DNA of 63,279 bases, the filler included, from Globobulimina sp. (Eukaryota), in assembly GCA_003354225.1 (NCBI GenBank). It is 17 parts of 17 records of this genome, joined end to end, with 100 filler letters (N's around TTAATTAATTAA, not from the genome) between each part and the next. Parts side by side here need not be neighbours in the genome. Positions count along the whole stretch, not along the records: positions 11,193 to 14,822 come from PIVH01002358.1; positions 14,923 to 18,552 come from PIVH01002359.1; positions 18,653 to 22,281 come from PIVH01002360.1; positions 22,382 to 26,010 come from PIVH01002361.1; 13 more parts are not named here. One strand, given 5' to 3'. The position numbers were made by a program, and so were the translations under genes. The notes under the pieces were generated by a model, which was given only the letters and a program-made list of their open reading frames with translations, had not been told where the DNA came from and searched no databases. Positions within the stretch are counted from its first letter, which is position 1, and each line of letters begins with the position of its first letter. Shown here in pieces: positions 12,353-23,367 of this stretch.

Positions 12353-14822
12353 TCATGGTGTTATACAAACCTTAACTAAAGCATTCACAATATTGGATTT
12401 GATTGCAGTTATCCCATCACTTTGATATGGCACATGTTGATAATTGCTTTGTTGTGCTGCCATTTGTTGCTGATACATATTGAGTGCATTATTATATATA
12501 TTATTAAAATTGGCCCATGACACGGATGGTGCTGCTGGTCCCGGTATCGGTGATTGATTACTACCTCCAGCTGCCACACTCGCCATACTTTTCGAATTCA
12601 TACCGGCCATAGCTTGCGTACCTTGTGTCTGTGCATATGTATGCCCCGTCAGACCCGGCATAGCTTGTATTCCCTGCGTATGTGCATGGGCATGGCCTTG
12701 CCCTTGTTTATATACAGCATAATTTAAATAAGAGGTTGGATCCCAATCGCCATCTTGCAATTGTGTGCGCATCGGTGGTGACAACTTATCCGCATACTGA
12801 AAGGAGGCGGCATCCGCAACGTCAGATCGATCGGTTTTAAACGATCGCACCTCATCATTATCATTATCCTTATCCTTACGAGAATGGCCAGAGGACTCCT
12901 TATCGTCATCCTGCTCGTTTTTTGCCAGACCATACAACTCATTTACTTCGTTATGGGTCCCTACACTATGAACAGTGTCCAGGTTAAAATCATCCCAAGT
13001 TTTTGTCCTTTGAGAATACGCTCCAAAGTCAATGGTATCTCCAGTTGGATGACTAAAATAAGGCGCAGTGGGATAAGTTACATGCGTGGGAATGGTGGGA
13101 TGCGTTGGATAAGTTGCATTTGATGGGATATTTAATGTAATGGTCTCACTGGATCCTGGCAGTGGACTGTTGCTACCAACTGACAGTTTAACTGGATTTT
13201 TTTTTAATTTGAAGACCTCATCCTGCGCAGTGCTTAATTTATGAGAGATTTTCTTGTTTTCTTTGTGACTGCGCAGCATATACACGATGAATAACACTGC
13301 GATTATACATAATAATATTATTAGTACTACTACAATATACCATAACGCATTGTTCGCTGGATTTAATTCGTTGTCTGCTTCATATTCGTATTGGTATTCA
13401 TGCACTGTATATTATATCACGTATATCCGTCATATTTGTTGTTGTTTATATGTGACATGTCGCACATACCGAGTATTTGCACATCGATAAACACATCGAA
13501 ATTATTTGCAAATTCTGTTTCAAATCGTTGTGCCATTGTCTTCAAATTTAGGCTATTCATGCTATTGTATGTATTTATGTCTTGCGTGGTGATAATCATT
13601 GTTGTTTTTGCCAGGTTACTTTGTAATAATCTTCTGGTTGCATCATCAGATGCATTTGAATGGAAACATGGTCCATGGCCATAGGCACAGAATATTTCAT
13701 CTTCATTTTGAATGCCGCCATAAATATCAGTTATAAAAATATCACAAAAATCAAATTCATCATATCTTGCAAACCAATTCACAAATATTTGATACAAAAA
13801 ACATTCCATATTTGCTAAATTATATTGGATTGTATTAGAGAACCAATATGCCACTTCAATATTTATTTTATTATCGTCATTATCATTTTCATTTTCATTA
13901 CAATCATCATCGCAAATCCAATATTTTGTAGGTTTTATAGGAGATTTTGTCGGTGATTCCGTGGTTGGACTCAATGATGGATGCGTAGTAGTAGTAATTG
14001 GGGAATATGATGGATTTTGCGTTGGTAACGGCGTGGATTGGCTTGGGTTAGCACTAGGCATTGTTGTTGGTGTTTTTGTTGGTGTTTTTGTTGGAGTTTT
14101 TGTTGGTGTTTTTGTTGGCGTTTTTGTTGGTATTGTTGTTGGACTTTTTGTGGTCGGAGATATCGTAGGCGAAGCACTTGGAGTTGATGTAGTTGTGGGA
14201 GATATTGATGGATTGGTTGTTGTGGGGTTGTTTGTAGTGGCCCGGATTGTCGGCGCGCTGTTAATTTGCAAACGTTTCCAAACATTTAATTGACGATATA
14301 TCACATATAAAATTTCAGAGTCATATCGCAATTCGCAAACCTAGCCTAACAAAGTTCGCAGATACTGTAACTCTGAAATTTTTTGTCATATATTAGTTTA
14401 ATACCTGCTATGTGATGGTGATACACTGGGATTTGTAGAAGGAGTTTGTGTGGGATTATTGCTTGGATATTGTGACGGATTCTGTGATGGATTTTGTGAA
14501 GGGTTTTGTGACGGATATTGCGGCGGATATTGCGAAGAAGGATTCTGTGAGGGATATTGTGAAGGGTTTTGTGATGGATTCTGGGACGGATTTTGCGACG
14601 GATTCTGTGATGGATTCTGTGATGGATTTTGTGATGGATTTTGCGACGGATTCGTTGTAGGATTAGATGTAGGATTGGATGTTGGATTGGATGTGTACCA
14701 ACACTCACTATTGGCGTCCAATGGAAGTGTATTTACCGTGCTACCACATGTAACCGTATTTGTCCCCTCATATACACCCGGTATAATCCAGGCGTTTTTT
14801 GGTATTCCGCCGTTTGCCACAA
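12353..14822 (-). CDS. Type-I membrane mucin/adhesin-like protein with P/T/S/N repeat stalk; 5'-partial, multi-exon
   Basis: NPSQ and PTKT repeats, ATRRLLQ motif, TM ALWYIVVVLIILLCIIAVLFIVYML. Clear intron 13405-13469; another near 14340-14405 with boundaries unresolved. Confidence 0.75.
14060..14150 (-). repeat. Coding 12-bp tandem repeat (PTKT)n
   Basis: Repeated TGTTGGTGTTTT-type units on the + strand. Confidence 0.85.
14460..14700 (-). repeat. Coding 12-bp tandem repeat (NPSQ/NPTS)n
   Basis: Repeated GGATTCTGTGAT/GGATTTTGCGAC units. Confidence 0.85.
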
Positions 14823-14922
14823 NNNNNNNNNNNNNNNNNNNNNNNNNNNNNNNNNNNNNNNNNNNNTTAATTAATTAANNNNNNNNNNNNNNNNNNNNNN
14901 NNNNNNNNNNNNNNNNNNNNNN

Positions 14923-15201
14923 AACAAATTGATTGTGGTGGAGTACTATGCTGATTGGTGCGTTCCATGTAAACGTATGGCTCCTATATTCGAGCGGCTA
15001 TCAAATGAATTTGACGACAAAGGTCTTTTTCTGTCTGTTGATTGTGATAAATTGAATCAATTGATCAAAGAAATGGAAATCACGTCGATCCCGACATTTG
15101 ATTTCATAAAAAATAAAAAATTGGTCAATAGAATTACAGGCGAATTGCCAAGAGAATTGGAACAACGTATTATGCAGTTTTCGCAAGAAAACAACGACTG
15201 A
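14923..15201 (+). CDS. Thioredoxin, 5'-partial
   Basis: VVEYYADWCVPCKRMAP active site and the cis-Pro motif SIPTF. Confidence 0.9.
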   Translation, partial: NKLIVVEYYADWCVPCKRMAPIFERLSNEFDDKGLFLSVDCDKLNQLIKEMEITSIPTFDFIKNKKLVNRITGELPRELEQRIMQFSQENND

Positions 15202-15461
15202 TTCACTTGAGATGTCACATAACAGCCATAGTCTTATAGACAACCAAACTGTACACTGTTAATGATAAAAAACCTCATATCCTTGCACATGAGTACACAC
15301 TTCGAAAATACGAAACAGTTCATTCGCTTATATGAAATAAACATTCATACGATCTATATTAAACGAAAAAAAATTCAAACAAACAATAAATTGACACTAA
15401 TCGAGCAGATATACTCATACTCCATAGTTTGATTTATTACATCATATCAACAAAAAATATT

Positions 15462-17392
15462 TTAAAATAATTGAAATGCCTTTTCTAAAATAGCCACTGT
15501 ATTAGGTAACGTTTTCATATCTTGTCTTGGTGCGACTGGACACTTTGAACCTGAACTACCACATTGCCAACCATTTTTATATAATTTCAGACAAACAAAA
15601 CAAAATTTTGTCTTACACGACGTGCATTCCATATGTTTGCATGCCTCCGTATGCGTAATCAACTAAACATAGTTATAAATAGCAAACAACACAGACACGA
15701 CACTGTATACACACTTAACTTGACAACATTTCGGACAACATCTGATCGAAGGGACCTTTTTTACATCACCAACCTTTTTTGTTTTCGCATTGTGTAAAAT
15801 CTCAATTAATTGTAACCTGAATGTAGAATCGCATAAATGTCCATTACGCCATGGTTTACCGCAACAAAAGCAAAAAGATGTCACATTCTCACACAAAACA
15901 CACTCTGTCTCGTATTTTTTCGTCTCTTTCATGGATTTGGGTTTATCACTTTCTTTCTGTTGTTTCTCTTCGTAATATAAACAAAAGCATTTTGGGCATT
16001 TCTGCAAATTATATTTGTGTTGAATATTATTTCTGGCGGATAATAATTCTAATTTTGCCGTAGATGCATAACGTTTAACGGAATTATAATGTTTTGGATA
16101 CATAAATTTATTTTGCATTGCGTCTTTTTTTGCTTTCTTTCTAATTTTAAACAAATGCGTTCTATCCGCAATATTAAATTGTTTGATTAGTTGTTTTTGT
16201 ATTTTTCGAAGTTGTAATTGGAACTCAAATGTTATGCTTTTATTTTCTTTTTTCAATTTCGAGTATTTATGTCGAAGAGTATAATATTTGTTAATTAATT
16301 TCTGTCTTTCATCAGTGACATTATTCGTATTTGGGGAATTTGCCTCTTTTGCAATTAAAATATGTTTAATCAGGGAATAATCCCATACCTCATTACAAAA
16401 CATTTTCTTTTCATTATGCACAAATTCATCATCATTTGATTTATAATGCTCACAGATTTGACATTTATTATATTGCCCATCATTAATATACGTACATCGG
16501 GAACATTGCCATTGTTTATAAGTGCCGCATACTACGCATTTATTGTCAACTTCGTCATTAATATACGTACATTTTGAACATTTCCAGTCATTGTCTTCAT
16601 ATTTTTCGTCTTGTTTCGATTCAGACGGATGCGGACATTGTAAAAGTAAGTTATTTTTATGTTGAAAATGTGTAAAAGCATATTGGTACAATGATTGCTT
16701 ACTCATTACATGCGCACATGATGGCATTCGGAAAACATTTACATCGCTTTCTTGTGTTATAATATCGAATCCTTTGATACATTTAATATCTAAGTTATCT
16801 CGGCCAGATTGCGGTGTTTTTTGTTGGTTAATGATACGTTTATGTTTATGCCGGTTGCTATCAAATAGATTAATTCTTGGAGAAACTGCTATAATTAATA
16901 AGGATTGATTGGTTATGCCAAAGTCCTTTAATTTTGATTCGTTATCATTTGAAATCATTAAATGCGAATAAAATATTAAAAGATTATGAATGATTGGAAT
17001 ATTAAATGTTGTGTAAATGAATAGCTTCAATTTGATGATGGTATCAGATGTTTTCAGTGCGGACTTAATAGTTACAATTGGATCCATATCGATGTCGTCA
17101 AATTTTAATGTAGTTTTATGTGATTTGTTTGCTTTATTCGAAGGAATACCGACAAAATGAAATGTTAACCCTTTCTTTTTCTTATTTTTTTTTTATTTTG
17201 TTTTGGTTTTACTTGCGTTAAATTGGACAAATGAGTCAAATGAGATTCTTGATTTAATTTATTTCTGCTGATCTTTATTTTTGTTTTTTTTACCTTGAGA
17301 TAAATGGATGGTTTTAAGATGTGTACATTCGACGTATCAGGCAATGGAAACGTAAATGTCTTCATTCTTCTTGGAGCTAAAGGGGTTGACAT
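15462..17392 (-). CDS. RBR-type E3 ligase: UBL, RING1-like, two RanBP2/NZF fingers, IBR, RING2
   Basis: UBL-like DTIIKLK...LKDFGI; WKCSKCTYIN...CVVCG and WQCSRCTYIN...CQICE; IBR CPKC...FCFCCGKPW..GH; RING2 CPKC...EACKHMECTSC...FCFVC. Intron 15663-15719. One frame break at the A10 homopolymer 17185-17194. Confidence 0.8.
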
Positions 17393-17467
17393 GATTTTTA
17401 TTCTGAGAAATAACTAAAAAAAAACACTACACTACACAACATCACATAATATGACATATAATATCAA

Positions 17468-18552
17468 TCAGTCAGTTTTGGTGATCCAAATATAGCGACA
17501 ACATGTCATTTGACAGCTGGCAATAATGACAAGAGTGGTGGCTAAAAATACAGGATGCGAAGCCGGCCATGAAAATGAAGATTTCACCGTTGATATCCGA
17601 ACTAATAAAACAATACACTTTACAGTTAAAACAATCAATATACCAATATCCGCTCTAAACCATCGATTTAAATAAAACAATCTGTCCTCTCTACGCTTTG
17701 TATATTCCATATCATCATAAGATAGTACGCTTTCATATTTGTTTAACAAATCCATCAATTGTTTCACATAAAACATATGCGCACAAACCAATATACCAAA
17801 TAATATGTCGGCCAATGCCAAGGTGGCTAACACCACATCGTTCTTACCATGAATGGCTGCGATGACATAGCCAATCCAATATATTATCGAAGTGTAAGCC
17901 AAACAACGAAATAAGTGCACTAAATTCAAGCGTATTTGTAGTCTCTGTGTGTTATAATTATCCCAGTCTTCATCGCCTGTTATTTTAGCCATATTTGCGT
18001 CTGGCATTAAATCAGGATCAGCGTAATGATGATGGCTATATCTGCCGCAATTCACGCCATTCACCACAATATTACTCTCACTGTCTTGCGGCTCAATATC
18101 TTGCGGCTGTTCATGTTCATGACTGAGACTTGGGTCCTTTTCCTCGAAATTACCATCTTCGTCATAGATTTTATTCTCATCTTCTTCGGGTATTAAGTCT
18201 ATGACTAACTCGCTTTGCTGTTGCTTAAGGATGGGATTTGCGAAATTCTTATCATCGGTGAATGGGAAAAAGAAATATATTCCAATGTTTCTAAAGGTTA
18301 AAAATAAGCAGGATAAGCTGATTAAAAATGTAATATATATCAAATGGTCGACAATGTCGGGCTCCGTTACAAACTCATGCGTCAATATTAATATATGGCA
18401 TATGAAATAGGATAACCATTGGAAGGTTAATGAATACCGAGCATAACGTATTAATTTGTTATTAAATTGATTCTCTGTCATTTTGGCTGTTGATAATCTT
18501 CGCATATCGGACGCAAATGATATATTTAAGTGTTCATCTTTGTCATATCTTT
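17468..18552 (-). CDS. Multi-pass membrane protein of unknown function, probably 5'-partial
   Basis: ORF with about 6 hydrophobic segments and an acidic loop; frame appears open towards the contig end. Confidence 0.65.
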
Positions 18553-18652
18553 NNNNNNNNNNNNNNNNNNNNNNNNNNNNNNNNNNNNNNNNNNNNTTAA
18601 TTAATTAANNNNNNNNNNNNNNNNNNNNNNNNNNNNNNNNNNNNNNNNNNNN

Positions 18653-20754
18653 CGGCCAGCACTAAGGAATAATGTCCGATGTCGTCTGGGTCCTCATTCT
18701 CGTCTATATGGTGCATGGCGTTTATGTTATTGTTGTGTGTCGTTGCTGCGTGTTGTTGATTGTGTAGATTATTACGAACGTCTATCAATGCGCGATTGTA
18801 GGGTACTTGCAGGATATTAGCACCACTCACATTCATCCCGCCCGATAATCCTAATATGTACACACAAACATAAATATATACACACATACATATACTGTAC
18901 ATATAAATAAGTACATATACACATACCTGCGGAGAAGGAAAATGGCGCAAATTTACTCAAATAATCCGCTAACGTATCACCAGCCGGTACATACCCACTG
19001 GGCGGCGATGAGTACCGCGATGAATATGATTTTTGCGAAAAAGATGGGAATTGGTGATTTGGTGAACTGTCTTCCATAGTATTATGGTCATACGGCGAGG
19101 ACGTTGGTAATACGCCGTCGCCGCCGCTGCTGCCACCACTGCTATGGCCTTGTCCTTGTGCTTGTGCTTGAGTTTGTGTTTTCTGCTGTGGCTTATGAGT
19201 ATATACAAACTTATTCTGTTTGTTGGGCGTTTTTGTAGACTTTGGTGTATATGCCACATTTCCCGCACTGGACTGATTTGCCTGTGCCGGTGTATGGCTA
19301 TACACTCCGTTTATATACTGATTGAACTGTTTATTCCTCAACGCACGCAGCGATGAATCGAACTGTATGCAGCATAAAACGACCCCGAATTCGGGCGCAA
19401 TCATAGTTTTCTTGGTGAATGGCGGCGGCGCAGTCTTGTTATGCTTGTTTTTCCAGCCGGTACAATCCAAGGTTTGTTTGGCGATCCATGCTTCCAATTC
19501 GTGATAGGCAAATTCTGGACGCGCAGTGCGAGGCTGCGGCTTCAATTCGTCAATCTTGTCATCGTCATAGCCGTCCTCCTGACCACTGTCATTGCTGTCA
19601 TTGCTGTAATTGTCACTGTCCGTGTCATTGTGCAGTCTCTGCAGCTTTATCGAGTGCAAGTTGTAAATATCGCTATTCTTCCACACAAACTTGACTTTGG
19701 GCCCCATCACCGTGCTGTACGTGGATAGCTGCAACAGTCGCACATATTTACTGTCCACCCACTCGAAGGTTTTGCCCTCCACTGGGTCTTCCAAACCGTA
19801 CGCCAACGCGTTCCACATCCGGATCTTCGGCTTTTTGTCCTCTTTCTTGTCTCGCATTGTTATCTTGTTCTTGTCTTCCTGCTCAGTGGAGACACTTTCT
19901 ATAGTCATAGAATCGTCATTGTCGTCGTCTGCGTGGCCCGAATCCTTTGTGTTTTTCACTATGCCGTTCCTGGCATCGTCGCCGTCTAAGGACTCTATGC
20001 TGCAGATGCTGTTGGAATGGTTTTTGTTCATAGATTCATTGTTTGGGGGCGACAGTGCCGACGTAGTGGCGGTGTGCTTGCGATTTTGCGGTTGGCAGCG
20101 TGTGTTGGTGTTGCTTACACCCAATATCTTGTGTGCTTTTTTCAGGTTTTGTGTGTTGTTTAGATAGCCAAAGATGGACGATTTGGCAGTTACGTTATAA
20201 GTTTGTAAGCTTTGTTCGAGTTTGGCAATGTTTGAAGTTAAGGGCGGCCGCGGCGAGCTATGGCGACCGTTTTGATGGATATAGGAGCCGTTTTTGGGTG
20301 GCGAGGCAGAGGCAGATTTTGGAGATGATGCCGACTTGAATTCAAACACTGTGTTGTTGTTTTTGTCATTATTTGGTGGTGGCGGTGTTACGCTGCCACC
20401 ATAGACACCGCCAGATATAATGGCGCGTGTTGAGGAGGCCTGCACTGCGGCGGTGAGTAAGTCTGCCTTTGTTGTTGTAGTTTGTTGCGGTTTTTTCTTT
20501 GGTTTTTTCTTCTTTTTGGATTTGTTTGGTTTGTTGTTTTTAGCTGCAGGTGCTGTATGACCTAAGATTTGTATATTTGGGAGTGGTTCGTGATGATGTT
20601 TGGATTTCTTTTTTTTATGATGAGTGTCGTCGAAGTATGGTGGCGGAGGGAGTGGATGTTGATGGGCATAATCTGATGACAGGCTTTCTATTTGACTGTC
20701 AATGTATTTGTCCAGATTCTTTGTTTGCACAGTATGCAGGGCTGGTTGCGACAT
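18653..20754 (-). CDS. C9orf72-like (longin/uDENN) protein with long low-complexity N-terminus; 3'-partial
   Basis: RLLQLSTYSTVMGPKVKFVW, WIAKQTL and KKTMIAPEFGVVLCCIQFD parallel C9orf72 (WDNILGPRVRHIW, FLANHTL, KFFVLSEKGVIIVSLIFD). Intron 18851-18926. Confidence 0.65.
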
Positions 20755-20794
20755 TTGTCAAATAATGTTTTTGTACATGTGATGAGAAAAAAAC

Positions 20795-22281
20795 ATGAAA
20801 CAAGTCAAGTGTGTTTTTATCATAGGAGTGGTGGTTATGCAATTCTTTGTGTTGCTGTATTTCTGTAATGTTGACGCCTTTGGGTCTAGATATGATTCAA
20901 GTCATTCAGTCTCTGTTGTTAATCGTACGGATTGTACATTGGACAGCATTCTATCTTTATGGGATAACTTATTCAATACAATATTTGTATTACAATCTTT
21001 GGGCACTATTAAAGTAAATGCATGTAATGATAACAAAGAGACTGTTGTGAATAGTAAATTTATGATTCAATTGATGAAAGAAACAATTATAAAATTTGAT
21101 CATGAACCAATGGAAATTTATGAGAAATTATCGTGTCATCAATTTATTGCATTAAGACGAAAAATAATGTTAATTTTGCATATTTTTGATATTAAAATGA
21201 ATAGATATGATGTCTTTATATCTAAATACATGAAATTATTTGCTGCAAAAACAAAAGATAAAAAATTTAAAAATATTCATGTGCCAAAAACTGGTGGAAA
21301 TACAATATGTAATACAATACGAAAATATTCTAGTTTTCGGACCACTGACAAATATACACATTGGGCATGTAATTTATTGCAAAATGATTTATCAATTCAT
21401 ACAAGAGATTATGGCGCAATATCCTGTTCTAAACAATATAGCGGTGATTTTGATTTTATTTCAAGTGAGTCCGTACTGCATGGAAATGGGTTATCAGTTC
21501 TACCACAATTATGTAATAAATTTATTTATATTTTATCTGTTCGACATCCATTTGAAAGAATAATTTCACATTTTATTGAGTATAATTTGTTAATTGATAA
21601 TGCAGATTTTGCATGGTACAGAATTAGGAGTGATATCGATACAAATGATATCAATAAATATGATTTTACGATTGAAAGCAAACAATATTTTCGAATAAGT
21701 TTAGCAAAACATTATAAAACATTTTTTGTCAACCTAATGAAGCCAGAATATGATGATTATGATTTGAATAAAACATTAATATTAAATAAAAATATTCAAT
21801 TACATTCCAATGAATCTTCAATTAATTTAAAGGATTATTATTATCATTATTTTGATATAAATAATAGAGATTTTATTATTCGATTTTCTAAATTAAGATA
21901 TACAAAACTATCCATGTTAAAATCAATTGTAACAAATATGTATTGTCGATGGATTGGATTTAAACATTTAAATATTAATATTACTAAAGATAGTTTACAT
22001 TATGATAAAAAGTATAAAATTACAAAGGATATTTATAAAAATGCAGTGAATATTTTATTACAAATTGATTTTGTTTTACCATTTTCAAAATGGATCGAAC
22101 CAAATTTCTCAATTAATTATCGATTAAATAGTTCAATGTGGTTCATATTATTGAATAAAATCATTGTAAATGGCAGTAATACATTATTGTGGTTAAAAGA
22201 TAGAAATTCCGACAAAGAAATTGAATTAATTTCTAGTAAACATGTTTATCAATCAATTACGAACAATGATTTGAACACAAT
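20795..22281 (+). CDS. Type-II membrane sulfotransferase, 3'-partial
   Basis: N-terminal TM, 5'-PSB motif HVPKTGGNT and 3'-PB motif SVRHPFERIISHF. Confidence 0.8.
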
Positions 22282-22381
22282 NNNNNNNNNNNNNNNNNNN
22301 NNNNNNNNNNNNNNNNNNNNNNNNNTTAATTAATTAANNNNNNNNNNNNNNNNNNNNNNNNNNNNNNNNNNNNNNNNNNNN

Positions 22382-23259
22382 AAATATTCATTCCATGGGG
22401 ATACTCCCCGATCTGATGATTTATTGTCCAATGTGTTATATAATAATACCTCGAGTTCAGGCCACTTCAATGATTTGTATGCATTCCAAAACCATGAATC
22501 TATCAACAATGTCAGCAAAATGCAAACAAAGGATGCAATCACACCGTTAATTATAAATTGAATAAAAAATTGAAAGAATTTAGCATATGGCAGACGCCTG
22601 CAAAGCATTACAATGATAAAAGGCAGAGCAATTACGATGGTATCACATCGAAAGAATATCGTCGACGCAGCGAGACAGTGCAATGCTGAATGATATTTAC
22701 ATTGAAAATAAAATGCAAAAGCAAGCGTAACCAATGGCAATGCAAAACAGTTTGGCAATAAACGTGATGCATAAAATAAAAAATGAAACTGTGCACATAT
22801 CAGTACCACAAACATAACAGTAAATGCTTTAATTACTTTAGTATTATGTGGCAATGGCTGGATATGGATGGCCATGAATGATTGTCGAAAATATGATAAA
22901 CTGCAGATGTTTATAAATAATAAAGCGAAGCGTATTATCTCTTGAGATATAATTTTAATTTCAATGGAAGAAAATAGAAATGGAAATATATATTGCATGG
23001 TTAATTTGAATGGTTGAACAATTAATGATAAGATGAATGAACCGATAAATGTCCGAGGGACAACACCTGGAAACTGATTATGATCATAGTGTTCTATATT
23101 GGTGTAGCCATAAAATAACATATCATGAGTTGCTTGCATATTGAATGATTCTTCTACTTTGGCAAAGGGTACGATTCGCACATAAAACCAGCCAATTACA
23201 AATAAACAAAAGTCTGCGGCAAACTGAAACCATGGTAATTTGTGGACAGTCTGCAGCAT
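22382..23259 (-). CDS. ALG12: Dol-P-Man:Man7GlcNAc2-PP-Dol alpha-1,6-mannosyltransferase (GT22), 3'-partial
   Basis: PFAKVEESFNMQATHD, YDHNQFPGVVPRTFIG, QFHFLFYASRLLPN, IDSWFW...WPELEVLLYNT. Start codon choice uncertain. Confidence 0.9.
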
Positions 23260-23367
23260 GTTCTGACAGTTACAGTTACTCGAGTTTTTTTCATTTACAT
23301 GTTGATATTGTTTCATCCAAACAAAACAAAAAAAAGTCACAATCAAAATTCTTTCAAATAATACATT

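Noticed and set aside
14450-14822. Cys-rich (CDGF)n ORF resembling a metallothionein or keratin-associated protein
   Set aside because: It is the antisense reading of the NPSQ repeat of the mucin-like gene.
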